This document shows, one piece after another, positions 39,176 to 54,391 of a stretch of DNA of 64,000 bases. Positions within the stretch are counted from its first letter, which is position 1; each line of letters begins with the position of its first letter. Source of the stretch: Octopus sinensis. Its lineage: Eukaryota. The translations under genes and the position numbers were made by a program. The stretch lies in NCBI RefSeq assembly GCF_006345805.1, contig NC_043008.1:18228001-18292000 (forward strand), given 5' to 3'. The notes under the pieces were generated by a model. That model was given only the letters and a program-made list of their open reading frames with translations. It had not been told where the DNA came from and did not search any database.

Positions 39176-39779
39176 AATAATATTTTTAGGGCAGAATGAC
39201 TAGTACGCCGAACAAAATATCTGCGGCATTTTGTCAGCGAGTTGGCAAAAACGTTAGCACGTCGGGCGAAATGCCTAGCGGTATTTCGTTTGCCGCTACG
39301 TTCTGATCACATGTTTTTGGCCTTTTTAGCCTAATATACAGACGACCGAGAGATGTAAATAGCAGCGATTCCTTGCCTGGTGATATGCATATTATCACAA
39401 TACATACTCAGGCATTAATATCACACATAGCCTGTGAGTTTATGAAAAGTTAAAGCCAAGTGAGATAATCACCCAATAGGTGTTACCCAAGAGCCGCCTC
39501 CCTTGTTTTCGTTTTCTAAAAATTCTCACGAGATTTTATCGTCAAATAACGTGGTTTTCTTCCTTGTTTCAATACAAAACGGAGACAAATACCAAATTCT
39601 CTATATGATCGGAGGAAATATTGTTGATATATTTTCGTAGCATGCTGGCGTTAATATACAGTGCTGTGTTGAGCACTCAACCTCATTGATCAACATTTAC
39701 GTGTACATGTATGTGTGCGTGTATTTATATATATATACACACATTATCACACTGAGAGAGAGAAAGAGAGTTAGATAGA

Positions 39780-39829
39780 AAGAGATATATATATTTATGT
39801 ATGTATGTATATATATATATATAATATAT

Positions 39830-39863
<34 letters not shown>

Positions 39864-40043
39864 CCAATATGCCAATACACTTATAAACATAGATAGATAT
39901 GCCGTATATTTATATATGTGTTATATGAAATATGTATGCATGAAATTTACATATATATATGAACGTATATAGATACATAAAGCATGTGCATATATATCTA
40001 CATAGATATACATATATAATAAATTATGTATATGTAGACACGA

Positions 40044-40122
<79 letters not shown>

Positions 40123-40217
40123 CATATATATATGCATACATACATATATATATATATATTTATATGTATATAAATACATACATATATATATATATATATA
40201 CATATATATATACACAA

Positions 40218-40249
<32 letters not shown>

Positions 40250-40260
40250 GTAGTATGTAT
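39780..40260. repeat. (TA)n-rich microsatellite block
   Basis: Direct inspection. Confidence 0.9.
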
Positions 40261-40523
40261 GTATACACCACAATGTCGTGTCCTTGCTGGTTCTTTAGTT
40301 CTTTGTCAATGTGGATTTATTTTTTGGGCAGCTAATGACTATTCATTAATTTGTTACATCACGTCAACGTTCTCAAACACGAATTGTCTGCTGGCGGCCA
40401 GTTGTTTTTGTCTGCTCTTTGAACCTGTCTCTGGCACTTCTATTGAACGGTAAAAATATAGACGAATCACTGCGATTATTCCAAATATTCTCCGGAAAAA
40501 GAAAATATAATATTTGGCTACAT

Positions 40524-40803
40524 AGGCGCAGGAGTTGCTGTGTGGTAAGTAGCTTGCTTACCAACCACATGGTTCCGAGTTCAGTCCCACTGCGTGGCAC
40601 CTTGAGCAAGTGTCTTCTACTATAGCCTCATGCTGGTGTGCTGGTGTGTTTACGTCCCCGTCACATAGCGGTTCGGCAAAAGAGACTGATAGAATAAGTA
40701 CTGGGCTTACATAAATAACTCCCGGGGTCGATTTGCTCGACTAAAGGCGGTGCTCCAGCATGGCCGCAGTCGAATGACTGAAACAAGTAAAAGAGTAAAG
40801 AGT
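40524..40803 (+). mobile_element. SINE family A with internal deletion
   Basis: Head joined at ~40630 directly to the 3' half. Confidence 0.85.
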
Positions 40804-41349
40804 AATAATATTTGGCCACACACAAGCAATGTGAATGTATTCTGTCAGCAGAGCAATTTTATATGCTCTTGTTCTGTGTGCCACTTGTTAGTGAATACGT
40901 TAATTTCTAATTCAGTTCAAATACAGCGTATGAATCTGGATTTAGCTTATATTTTGTTATTATTCCATGTTTAAATATAAATAGGTATATAACCGAATTA
41001 ACTTCATGATTGACAATAAGTTCATTTCTATAACAAAATTATCTGCACTCAAACCATCTCAAGAATATTTTACGGAATTATTTATTGGTATTTCGATAAT
41101 TTTATATTTAATTTTCCGTGTTTGTCCTCTGTGTGTATGTGTATTTGTGTTTGTGTATGTGTGTGTGTCTGTATGTGTGTCTATGTGTGCCCATATTTGC
41201 TATATTGCGTCTTTTATTAGGTCGTGGGGGTATGCTTGTGTGTATACATCTATGAGTATTGCCAAAATAGTCCCTAATTCATTTAGTCTAACGATAAAAA
41301 GTGAAGTTGCACATATCTACACATATAATATAAAGTGAAAAATAATTAT

Positions 41350-41892
41350 TATTTCTATTCTAGGCACAAGACTTTGAAAATTTTGGAGGGAAGGTGGAGG
41401 ATCAATTATACTGACACCAGTGTTTAACTGGTATTTATTTGATGGACCTCGAAAGAATGAAAGGCAAAGTCGACCTCGGCGGAATCTGAACTCAGAACGT
41501 AACTGCAGAAGAAATACCCATTTCTTTACTACCTACAAGGGGCTAAACACAGAGAGAACAAACAAGGACAGACAAACGGATTAAGCCGATTATATCGACC
41601 CAGTGAGTAACTGGTACTTATTTAATCGACCCCAGAAGGATGAAAGACAAAGTCGACGCCGGCGGAATTTGAACTCAGAACGTAGCGGCAGACGAAATAC
41701 CTATTTGTTTACTACCTACAAGGGGCTAAACACAGAGAAGACAAACAAAAGACAAACAAACGGATTAAGTCGATTATATCGACCTCAGTGCGTAATTCGT
41801 ACTTATTTAATCGACCCCGAACGTAGCGGCAGACGAAATACTGCTAAGCATTTCGCCCGGCGTGATAACGTTTCTGCCAGCTCACCACCTTA
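41350..41892 (-). mobile_element. SINE family B mixed trimer
   Basis: Three units with two tail types. Confidence 0.8.
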
Positions 41893-42071
41893 TTGTGTAG
41901 AATAACAATAAACGAAACTGCAGTTGTTAGTCCTTCTCTTACGCTTCTTGTGGAATTTCATGCCAACTTTGACAGAGGTTACCTATAAATCATGTACAAG
42001 ATATAAGTCAACATCTCGATCTTCCAAGGATTCACAAAGCTATATGATCCGCTGTATCTTTTAAAATGTGA

Positions 42072-42378
42072 TTGTTTGTTCCTTCTCGAGCCACGCCTGG
42101 TTCATTAGGGCCGGTTTCCAGGTTTCCTTGGCTTATAGGTTCCTCACCTGAACGGGATGCCGTTCCTTCGCAGGTGAGCTGCAAGATGCAGGAGGAAAGA
42201 GTGAAAGAAAGTTGTGGCGAAAGATTCAGCAGCAGTTCGCCATTACCTTCTGCCAGAGCCGCGTGGAGCTTAGGTTTTTCGCTCATAAATACACACATCG
42301 AAAGCACATCTAAGATTCGAACCCGTAATCCCTTGATCACAGGTCCGCTGCTCTAACCACCAGGCCATGTGCCTCCAC
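42072..42378 (-). mobile_element. V-SINE-like SINE variant
   Basis: tRNA-like head, GAGCGAAAAACCTAAGCTCCACG module, V-like GCGAAGGAACGGCATCCCGTTCAGG, and a tail shared with 11701-11932. Confidence 0.7.
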
Positions 42379-43334
42379 AGAGTGTGGTTGTAAGGTGTGA
42401 TTTTGTGGTAGATGTGGCAGCCGTTTTCACCATGTCGGATGGCCAACATGAAGGTCAGTGATGAAAAGCGACCAGAAACACAGTTGGCACGCCTCAAATT
42501 TAAACCCAGCGTGCTTATATACATACGTATTCGCCAAGACAACCGGCGCAATTTGCGACTATGATTCCTGTAACGTTTGGCCTTAACAGATATATTTTTG
42601 TAATAGTTTCCAACTTTCTATCCCTCTCATTCTCTTTTCCTTACCGTTCCCATGTTTTTATGTTCTCCACACCTCCACACATCAACATTCATAACTGACA
42701 CCCCCACTAACAACATACATATCTATTGCACACACAAATACGTTCGCAAGCAAATAAACACATACTCACACACACACGAGACCATATCCTAGCATGTACA
42801 GGTGGATGGCTGCATTAGACTCTGCGCCTGCGTTTCAGTGCGCATATATGAGCGATAACGAAGTTAATGTGTTTTAATGTCTATAACTTGTTACTTCTTA
42901 ATGTGGCTTTTTTCTACCAACACGGGAGTTCAACAAAGATCTTCAGCTGGTTTTCGCAATAGTTTGAAAAGCAATAGGCAAGATGATGTTACATCACATA
43001 TTGAAATAATATCACCGTGAAATTGGTTGTTGCTCCCACAAGAACAGGAAATTAATATGGTTTGCCGGTCAAGTGTAGTTCATGCGTTTTATCATTGTTT
43101 TTAGTAGATGTATCTTTGTTCTGTGATGTAATACTTTTCATTTCAAGGTAAATTGCTGACTTTTTAACAATTCTGGAATTAGATACATCCATATTGATTG
43201 GGGGCTTATGCGCTTAAAGAATAAAGTTAGCACGCATATACGCATTATAAGGTTGTCTGTGACTAATGAATCAAAATCGAGAAGACAAAGCATTGAAACA
43301 GCGACAGATTTGTGGAACCTAAATATTGGTTTCA

Positions 43335-43900
43335 AATTCCTACACAAGGCCAGCAATTTTAATGGAGGAACTAAGCTAATTACTTCGACCTTTGTGTTTA
43401 TTTTATCAACTCTGAAATGATGTAATCAATGTCAAGTTTGGTGGAATTCGAACTCAGGCCGTAAAGACGGACGAAATGCTGCTAAGTATTTAGCAAGGGA
43501 AAGGGGACAAGTCGATTAAAACGACCCCAGTGTTTCTCTGCTACTTAATTTATCGACCCCGAAAGGTTGAAACGCTAAGTTGACCTCCGTGGGGTTTAAA
43601 ATAAGAACGGAAAGGCAAACGAAAGGCTCCAAAGCACTTTGCCCGGTTTGCTGAAGAGTCTGCCAGCTCGTCGCCTTATCAATAATAATATTAATAATAA
43701 TAATAATAATAATAATAGTTTCAAATTTTGGCACAAGGCCACAAAGTTCAGTGAAGAAGACTAGTCGTTTACATCGATCCTAGTACTCAACTGGTACTTA
43801 TATTATCGACCCCGGAATGTTGAAACGTAAAGTCCAACTCGGCGGAATTTGATCGTAAAACGTAAAGATGGACGTTATTGCCCGGCGTGCTACCGATTCT
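43335..43900 (-). mobile_element. Cluster of SINE family B units (alternative tail)
   Basis: Three central domains at ~43390, ~43560 and ~43810. Confidence 0.7.
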
Positions 43901-43974
43901 GCAGACTCCCTGTGAGGTATCAACCCTCATTTTTCTTTGCAGATGACAAACGTTCTACCATTGCTCCAAATATT

Positions 43975-44538
43975 CGTTTCTACTCCATGCACAAGGCCCG
44001 AAATTTTTGGGGAGAGATCGACCCCATTACGTAACTGGTACTAAATTATCGACACCGGAAGAATGAAAGACAAAGTCGGTCTCGGCGTAATTTGATCCCA
44101 GACTGTAAAGACGGACGAATTGCTGCTAAGCATTTGTCTAGGAAAAGGAGATAAGTCGATTAGATTGACCCCAGTACGTAACTGATACTTAATTTATCGA
44201 CCCCGAAAGGATGAATGGCAAAGTCGATCTCGGCGGAATTTGAACAGAGAACGTTAAGGACAGACGAAATACTGCTATGCATTCGCCTGGCGTGCTAAAG
44301 TTTCTTATTTCTTTACTGCCCACAAGGGGCTACACACAGAGGGGACAAACAAAGACAGAAAAACGGATTCAGTCGATTATATTGACCCCAGTGCGTAACT
44401 GGTACTTATTTAATCGACCCCGAAAGAATGAAAGGTAAAGTCGACCTCGGCGGAATTTAAACTCAGAACGTAGCGGCAGACGAAATACCACTAGGCATTT
44501 CGCACGGCGTGCTAATGTTTCTGTCAGCTAACCGCCTT
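43975..44538 (-). mobile_element. SINE family B hetero-trimer with 16-nt TSD
   Basis: CATTGCTCCAAATATT at 43959-43974 and 44539-44554. Confidence 0.85.
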
Positions 44539-45687
44539 CATTGCTCCAAATATTATACCATCAACTTATTTTTATTTCTGGTATATTGCTTTTAATTAAT
44601 GATAAAGGAAATGACATTTATACTAAAACAATGAAACTGTACATTTAGAAATATCTCGCATTACATCCTAAAGAAACGAAATGAGCGATCCTTTAACGGT
44701 TGATTGCGCTCGGTTGTTGATTCTTGTGTGTGGGCGTATGCTTGGGAGAGCACCTTAATGTGCTGATGCGTGTGCGGTGAGTATATATGTGGTGTGGGTG
44801 GATGTGCGTGCGTGTGGATGTTCTTGTTTGTTTGTGTGTGTGTGTTTCTGTATGCGTGTGCGTGTGTTTCTGTGAGTGTGTTTATGTGTGTGTGAGTGTG
44901 TGTGCGTGGGCTTCTCTGTAGGCGTCTAAATTTGTGATAATTTCACAATGAGTTTTAGATTTTAATATGAATGAGAACTGACATGAAAAAAAAGAATTTC
45001 TCGAAATCCATCGCCATCCAAGAAGGTAAATATTCTGCTATTAACAACAGGGATGAGGAAAATTGTTTATAAAATATACATCAATTATTTTGTGAATATA
45101 TAATAATATATCGGCCTCAACAAGATATAAATATCATATTTTATATTTACAACACCAAACTCTAAAACAATATTTAATGCTATTTAGGGTTAACTCTATA
45201 AAAGGCTTCTTAAAAGTTCATTCTTCTATTATGTTGATGCGTGTTATTTAAATGTTCTCGTTAAATGCACTTCTCTGTAGAGCACAGCAATAAGCAATTT
45301 CTTTCCATTAGCCGAAAGATCACTACCTGTCGAAATATTTCTGGTTTTTATTAAGTAGACATTAATAAAACAGCTCCATGTACGGTATTATTAGCAGGTG
45401 TTTTTTTCATCTTCCTTTATTTTTAAACATGTAATATTTGTCATATTTCAGCTTAGTCGGCATTTAAATTTTTTCAAAAAAAAAAAACGAAAAAGAAAAA
45501 AAACAGCCTCAATCTACTTTTTGTCGCCTCTTCCATTTATATCTATATTATCCCTAAAAAAATAAATAAACTGAAGAGTCTGGAGGATACAACTGATACA
45601 TCTAATTGAAAAACATCCGTTTCCTACAGGAGAGGATTGAGTATTCTTATTAAAAATTATTAATACGTACGTGCATATATATACAGA

Positions 45688-46230
<543 letters not shown>

Positions 46231-46957
46231 TACTTACACACGAACACACTTATTTATATGCATGTGTGTGTGTGTGTGTGAGAGTTAATATATATATATA
46301 TACATATTTAGATGTATATATTTGCATATATGCATTGTTATATACATATATACGTATATAAATATATACATATAATATGCACATATGCATATATATGCAT
46401 GTATACATACATTTATATATGTATATGTGTATATATACAAATAGTTAAAATTTTTGCAACAAATACTTGACTGACTTACACTATTTAGACGAAAAGTTTT
46501 TAAAATTTATTAACTAGTTAAAAAACTTATTCAAAAATATCTAAGCAAGTTAGATTGTTAATAAATAAAAGAAAAAAACTTTAGATATATAAATATATTT
46601 CAATGTTTTTGCGTGTTTGTGTTTGTGTGCGTGCGTTTGTGAGTGTGTGTATGTAAAAAATGTATGGGTTGTAAAGTATATTAAAATATATTTGACACAT
46701 ATCTCACACATTTCTTACACTACCCAATATAAAACTGAATACACTTGATAGAGTAGATGCTCTGTTTATCACATTAAAAGGTTACATTGAATGACGTTTC
46801 TTGTCTCACCTTGCGGCGAATAAATAAACACAATGTCAAACTTTGCCACGATAAGCTTACAAACGCACGCCCCCGCAGACAATACACACACTCACACTCT
46901 CACACAGACGCACATCTGTATATATATATGTATGTGTGTATGTATGCATATGTATAC

Positions 46958-47026
<69 letters not shown>

Positions 47027-47077
47027 ATATATATACACACATACATACATACACACATACATATATACATATAAATA

Positions 47078-47560
47078 TGGCTGTGTGGTGAGAAGTTTGA
47101 TTTCCAACCACATGGTTCAGAATTCGGTCCCAGCGTCTTCTATTTTAGGGGGAGAATTCACAAAAAAAACAAAAGACGAAGACAGGTGGTGTAGAAAACA
47201 AATAGGTGTATTAGTATAACGCTCAGGAATTGAAAAATTCGTTAATGTTTCGAGCCTACGCTCTTCCACACAAAGGAACACAGGAAGAAACAAATATAGA
47301 AAAGAATGTGTAGTGGCTAGCGATCTATCATGGCTTCTATTACAGACTGGTGAGCCAACCAATATCCTATGAGTGAATTTGATAGACGGGAAAAGAAAGA
47401 AACCTGTCGTATACACATATACATGTGTGTATGTGTATGTGTGTGTCTGTGTGTGTGTCATTGTCCTCCACCACAGCTTGACAATCCAATGTTTGTGCGT
47501 CTACATCCCTGTAACGTAGCGGTTCGACTGAGACAAGTAGAAGAATAAAATGATAAGGAT
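47078..47560 (+). mobile_element. Old SINE A interrupted by a nested element
   Basis: Head 47078-47144, remainder from 47342; CTTCTATT duplicated at 47137-47144 and 47334-47341. Confidence 0.6.
47145..47333 (-). mobile_element. Short repeat family D (probable PLE pLTR remnant), copy 1
   Basis: Homologous to 48085-48270 and 50410-50590; hammerhead-shaped motif at 47241-47276. Confidence 0.6.
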
Positions 47561-47725
47561 ATATATATATATATATATATATAACACGTATGTACCTGAG
47601 AATTAAACAAAGATTACATACGTGTTTTCTCGACAGACTCTGACGTAAAAAAGGACTTCCCATTGATTCAAATATTGATAGGGCAGGGTATTTTTTCTTA
47701 CTTGTATCTTATAAATTGCATCCAG

Positions 47726-47835
47726 CTACTCAAAAATTAATCGTTTGCATTCGAAATCTAATACAGCTCACAATTCTGGCCACTCACTGCATAATGCAAT
47801 GCTGGCCTAGCATAAAATTTAGACCTGACATTCAG
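47726..47835 (+). CDS. Candidate internal exon
   Basis: Pyrimidine tract plus CAG acceptor (alternative acceptor at 47766), one open frame (TQKLIVCIRNLIQLTILATHCIMQCWPSIKFRPDIQ), CAG|GTAAGT donor. Confidence 0.2.
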
Positions 47836-48084
47836 GTAAGTTATATTGAATTAACTCGCACTCACATTAACCAATAAAGGTTGATATGTATAATAAAATA
47901 AGCTCTCGTAAATATGCCAGCCTTAGTCTCTAATTCATAAACTATTACATCTTGCAGTAACGTTAGTCTGTAACCTTGAGAAATATCCATTGTAATTAAA
48001 GACATCTCAGTGGATGTTGAGTAATTACTTGTGTGTGTGTGTGTGTGTGTGCGTGGGTATATGGATGTGCGTATATCACCTCTT

Positions 48085-48270
48085 TCTGGCTACCGCCATG
48101 ATTCCCCGCTAGCTACTAAAGCTTTCATTTTTATTTTCTCGTGTTCCTTTCACTTGAAGAGCGTCGGCTCGAAACATAAAAGACTTGCTCGCTTTCCCAA
48201 GCGTTAATATATCACACCTGTTTGTTGTTTACACACCTGTCATCGACTTTTGTTTTTTGTAAATTCCAAC
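48085..48270 (+). mobile_element. Short repeat family D, copy 2
   Basis: GAAGAGCGTCGGCTCGAAACATAAAAG motif; ends TGTAAATTCCAAC-(TA)n. Confidence 0.6.
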
Positions 48271-48291
48271 TATATATATATACATACACAA

Positions 48292-48469
<178 letters not shown>

Positions 48470-48475
<6 letters not shown>

Positions 48476-49049
48476 AATGCCCTGATGCAATAAATGCCCT
48501 GATGCAGTACCAGGCAGTGGCTCTCATGGCTTCTGATCTTAACTGATTGGAAGTGTTATCATGTACATTGTTTTGCCTTGGTATAAAAGATGGGCTACAG
48601 CAAATATTCTGCTCAATACCACAGATTTGCTTGTCAGTTGTTTAACCTTAACCAGTTGAGCATGTCCCTTAGTGGCTGACGATATGTGCATCTCTAATCA
48701 CGAGCAGAAGTAGTGGGGGAGCATCATAGCTATGTGTTGAGAGGGATTCTTTGGGGTTTGAATAGTTCACCTCTGGAAACATGGGTGGTTCTTTCAACAT
48801 CCTTAAACAACCCTTATTCAGGGACCGTTTGAGCGGGATGGGCTACTCAACCTGAAGAAAATTCTAACTGGGCCCCACCTGCAAGGTCATGTGCTGTTTA
48901 TCTTGATATGAGATCACCATGTCGCGCACATATGGTTGTGATGAATGTGCCTGGTGTACCTTTATCAGACGGGTAGTCATGATGGGTATATTGGGCTTCG
49001 TATATTTTACCCCAGTGTCACTTTGATGGCATGAACTGCTCTCTCACTC

Positions 49050-49100
<51 letters not shown>
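48470..49100 (+). mobile_element. Non-coding retroelement 3' segment with (AAT)n tail
   Basis: ~580-bp GC-richer island ending CTCTCTCACTC(AAT)n with (AAT)n also upstream; 17-nt tandem duplication at its 5' end; family not determined. Confidence 0.5.
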
Positions 49101-49819
49101 TGCAAACAGAAGAATGAGATCTTGATATTAGATAAATATAGGATTATTTATATGTTTTATACTTTGGATCAAACAGTAAGTTGTCATTATAGTACTCGGA
49201 GTTTTGAATGTCGGAGTGAACAACTATGATGCATTTTCATCGGCTATTAATGGCAATAGACGCTATGAAAAACCGTTGAATAAAAAGGAAGTTACTTTAA
49301 TAGGTAGAAAAAAGAAAAAACGAATAACGATAAAAAATTCAGGCAACCATATTGTCGCAATATATAGACATAAACCTCCTGCGTTCATAACGTCTACATA
49401 CGTACGCACTCACACAAACATGTATACTTACATGCACATACTCAAATTGAAACATGTATGTACATGAACGTACTCATGCAAACACACACAAAACCTCAGC
49501 CCCCACACATACATATACATCTACACACACACACACATATATATATACATGTATATATATATATATATATATATGCACATGTGTACGGAACTTCATCCTC
49601 ATATACACATAGGTGTTTGCATGCATACACGTAACAAGATACAAATATATTTAGACATTTACACATATAAATATAGGTATGTATACAGGCATACATTCAC
49701 ACTCCCGCATACATTCGCACTCCTGCATATTCTCGTTTGTGAGAGCAGTCGATTTATTATTTTCAAATATTCTTATTTTAAAAATCATCTCTGGCCATCC
49801 TTAAAAAAGCGTTGGTGTT

Positions 49820-50345
49820 GCCTTCGCAAATGTTTGCGCTCTCTGAATGCTCCTGTTGATATATGGAATCTAGATATTTCAGTGGGAATTTGGCATCAGA
49901 ATGTTCTTGACCGCTTCTAATGCTTTTGTGATGTCGCCATAACTAGAAAAATGTGGATGTCTGTGTAACTATTGGTATGCCTAAGAGAGCCACTGTGAAC
50001 AGTAGGGGCTCCAGTACAGTTCCCTGAGGCAATCCACTTTTTATTGCTGCCTCCTTGGAGACGGCTCCATTGGCTGCCACAGTCCGCCTTCTGTCTTTTA
50101 AGAAGCTATGTAAGCACTCCCTCAGTTTTCCAACTATGCCGAGTCTCCGTAGCTTGTGACATATCATTCCATGATCAATCTTATCAAAGGCCTTTGCAAA
50201 ATGGAGATATAACACATCAACATTTGAGCGATTCATTAGTTCTTTTAACATACAGTCATAATACTTCGAAAGGTGTTTAATGCAGCTTCTTCTTGAAGGA
50301 AGCCATGCTGAGTATCAAGGAGCAAGTCACTATCTTCGATGAACG
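49820..50345 (-). pseudogene. CR1/L2-type LINE RT fragment
   Basis: QHGF, VDVLYLHFAKAFDKIDHG, SGLPQGTVLEPLLF, decayed YADD (SYGDITK). Confidence 0.85.
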
Positions 50346-50377
50346 TAATCAGTTTCCCCCTGACAATGCGTTCCTTG

Positions 50378-50409
<32 letters not shown>

Positions 50410-50412
<3 letters not shown>

Positions 50413-50590
50413 CCAATTTACAGAAAACAAAAGACGAAAACTGGTGTAGGAAAAAGAAGCAGGTGCATTAGTTTAACTCTCGTGAAGAATGGAAACCTCT
50501 CTTAGGTTTCAAGCCTACGCTTTTCGACAGAAAGGATTAAGAGGAAATAAACCGAGAGAGAAGGTAAAAAAGAAACAAAGAGAGAGAAAA
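50410..50590 (-). mobile_element. Short repeat family D, copy 3
   Basis: CTGTCGAAAAGCGTAGGCTTGAAACCTAAG motif; ends TGTAAATTGGAAC-(TA)n. Confidence 0.6.
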
Positions 50591-50725
50591 TGTGTTCAAG
50601 GGTCCAACATTACGAGATGACTGGAAAACGATGCTGAATGAAAGGGAGATAATAATACTAATAACACACACACACAAACACACACATATATATATATATA
50701 TATTCATGTATATATATATATATTC

Positions 50726-50767
<42 letters not shown>

Positions 50768-50779
50768 GAATATGTATAT

Positions 50780-50857
<78 letters not shown>

Positions 50858-50972
50858 CATATTCATGTATATATATATATATATATTCATGTATATATAT
50901 ACATGTATATATATATATTATATATATATATATATATGCATATTCATGTATACATATATATATGTATATATA

Positions 50973-51080
50973 CAAGGAGCTGTATTGGGGCCGCTGCTGT
51001 TTATGGTGGCTATTTCAGGCATGCCAATAGTTACAAAGGACATCCACACTTTCTGTATGTGCTGATATCACAAAATCCAT
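50973..51080 (+). pseudogene. CR1-type RT fragment inverted relative to 49820-50345
   Basis: [28 protein letters not shown]. Confidence 0.7.
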
Positions 51081-51887
51081 GTTGCATTATTTGAATATCC
51101 ATCAAAGATTAGAATTTTACAATCACATAATAACTTTCAGTAAAGATCGAGAATTTATGTGTTTGGTGCACTACCCTTACCTTTTAATAAACATTGTGAT
51201 ACTGGAGTTCTATATAAGTTAGTTAGGCCTTTCAGCTTACCAAATATCAAGTATACTTTACTTTGGGGGTATGTTTTTAATTTTAAGTATGTCCTACGTT
51301 AAGCCAAATTTCATTCATTAGCTTTAGGATCGAAATCAAAATCACGTAGCAAAGAAATTTTTTTTTTATCACTGATAGAAGCATATGTTTCCAATGGAAC
51401 CAATAATGTTATTGTTAATGTTTAAATATATTTCAGATATCAGGAAATAGAGATAGCAACGAAAGCATGTAGAATGCTACAAACTATTGAGTACTCATGT
51501 TTTAGTTCCTATTTTTAATAATGATATTAAGAGAATTTCAAATTTTGATCATGTTCCTGATGTTTCAATATAATGTGGGTAGGCTACTTGCTTTCTTCGT
51601 TAATCCACATACACTACCACCCTCTTACTACACTCAACACCACATATATCATGCCCACATCACTCATAAGACGCAAACTAGAGCATCACATTATAAATAC
51701 GCCCACCTCTCATTGCATAGAACACCACCTCATGGCTTGTAAATACACACATCTCAAAAGGTATACAACTCACAAGACGCACGTTTGGATCATTGTAAAG
51801 TGCCCCTTAACCTGCAACAGCAGTAAGGTTTACTAGGCCTGTCAGTTATGTATTATACTTTACTTATATTTTTAAATAAATGATTTA

Positions 51888-51920
<33 letters not shown>

Positions 51921-52505
51921 CATTCATGTAAAAATATTTTTGTGAATTGCTAAAACACCATCGCTCAAAATCATTGTTTACAATTCAACAAATATTTTTT
52001 GCAGTCATATTCGAGGACATTATTGACATCACTGAAAAGGTCCATATTATTGATGGTTGAAGTCTACCATCTTGAATCATGTTTAAAATGATGTATATCT
52101 ACCTCAAGTCCAAAATATTCAACCCAGTGGTCTAAAGGTGGTAACGAGCATATATTTATCAGAGATCAGTATCCAGTGTTGAAGAAAAATGACAGTTGCC
52201 CAAATCGTTTTCTGGTGTAGAGAAGTATGTTTCACTGAGATAAATGAGAGAACAATGAAACGTATTTGGTCTCAAAGTGGGTTTCGCCTCCGAGCGAAGC
52301 AAATTTATGTCTCTGCATTAAGAATAAATTGAGATAATTGTAAACTTTTTGCAACGTGTGAATTTGATAGTGGGAATTCGGTAATCTTGCCAAAGTCGAC
52401 CAATGTATCGCAGATAATTGATATCTTCCATTGAAATACTAATCCGGAATCTGCCTGCACTTACAGTTCCGGAGTAGAAATTATGTAAATTTCAATCTCT
52501 TAGGT

Positions 52506-52923
52506 AGGCGCAGGAGTGGCTGTGTGGTAAGTAGCTTGTTAACCAACCACATGGTTTCGGGTTCAGTCCCAATGCATGACATCTTGGGCAAGTGTCTTCT
52601 ACTATAGCCTCGGACTGACCAAAACCTTGTGAGTGGATTTGGTAGACGGAAACTGAAAGAAGCCTGGCGTATATATGTATATATATATATATGTGTATGT
52701 GTGTGTATATGTTTGTCTGTGTTTGTCCTTCTAGCATTGCTTGACAACCGATGCTGGTGTGTTTACGTCCCCGTCACTTAGCGGTTCGGCAAAAGAGACC
52801 GATAGAATAAGTACTAGGCTTACAAAGAATAAGTTCTGGGGTCGATTTGCTCGACTAAAGGCGGTGCCCCAGCATGGCCGCAGTCAAATGATTGAAACAA
52901 GTAAAAGAGTAAAGAGAAAGAGT
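52506..52923 (+). mobile_element. SINE family A, full length
   Basis: Collinear with 28892-29295. Confidence 0.9.
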
Positions 52924-53844
52924 TAGGTATATTCCGCCAGATTAAAAGCTTCAGGATAATTTCCTTCAATTCTCACAGAAGACTATGAAGTTTTGAATCA
53001 AGTACGGACTTCGCCCTCCCATCAGAAAATATTTTAACATCATTATGTTTCTGCATATTTCTTCAGGGCTCTATGCAGAAATCTGTTGCAAACTACGATG
53101 GTAAATTTCTCCAACCCAAATAAAATATTCTCTTTTCGTACCCCACCCGCTCTTATGAATGTGTAGTAAAATATTCTGCAAACTTAATTTTATTCATGAC
53201 AGCACTACTTTTCCCTTTGTATAGCCAAACATCAGTTTCCATTTTCTCTATGCTTTCAACAGGAAGAGGTATCTTTTGAAAGATGGCTGCCACAAGAACA
53301 TTCATATTCTATTCTCATCGATGTACAAAGCGCGTATTCACGTAGCTGAGCACGTTCTAAGAAGTTCATAAATCAAAAGGTATTATCGGCACGTATTTCC
53401 TCTCCCGAAGATAACATCTCTACACGGGGAATCGACTCTTATCTAACATGTGGTAAATATCGCTAAGAATTTACACTACAAAAAAATAATAAAAACTGAA
53501 GCGTTATATTATCTGATACCTGTATAACATTTTAAAACTACAAACCACTATAGTAGCTTAGATTTAACGACAAATATGACTACAAAAATATCTGTTGAGC
53601 TGTAAACAAGGATTTTGAGGGATAATAGCAAGCTAACGAGATTCTGTATATTCAGCTGCCAGCAGGTGGCTTCATATACCTATGTTATTTTCAAAATTTG
53701 TTTTCTGTCAATGAGTTTTGTCATTGCTTTCAAAATATGCGTAATTTTAGGAAAGAAAAAAAAATGTGTTTATTTTTCCAGAAGATTTTTCATTTTGGAG
53801 TAAACATTCTAATGAACGAAGCAATAGTCAATGTAAACATATAT

Positions 53845-53972
53845 AATAATAATGATAATAATAATAATAATAATAATAATGATAATAATAATAATAACGC
53901 TAATAATAATAATAATAACAATAATAATGATAATAATAATGATAATAAAAATAATAATAATAATAATATAAT
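53845..53972. repeat. (AAT)n microsatellite
   Basis: Direct inspection. Confidence 0.95.
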
Positions 53973-54056
53973 TATACGCACATATATATACATATATATA
54001 TCAATGTATACATGTATATATATATACTTATATATATGTTTGTATACGTAATTATA

Positions 54057-54110
<54 letters not shown>

Positions 54111-54360
54111 AAGACATACATGCATACATGCTCACATAAACCATAATCAAATACGCACACACACACATACACACACATATATATATATATATATATATTT
54201 ATATCTATAATTTTATGTACGTTGACAGATATAACTTATGAGCTAATTTCTTCATGGATATATGTGTGGTTGAGAGTCTATGTATGCGCTAATGTGTGTG
54301 TATTTGCATGCGTGTGTATGTTTCTGTGTGTGCGTGTGTCTGTGTGTGTGCGTGTGTGTG

Positions 54361-54391
<31 letters not shown>

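Noticed and set aside
51960-53460. Possible MULE/SWIM-like transposase relic on minus, split by a SINE
   Set aside because: Only faint resemblance across many stops; needs a blastx or HMM search.
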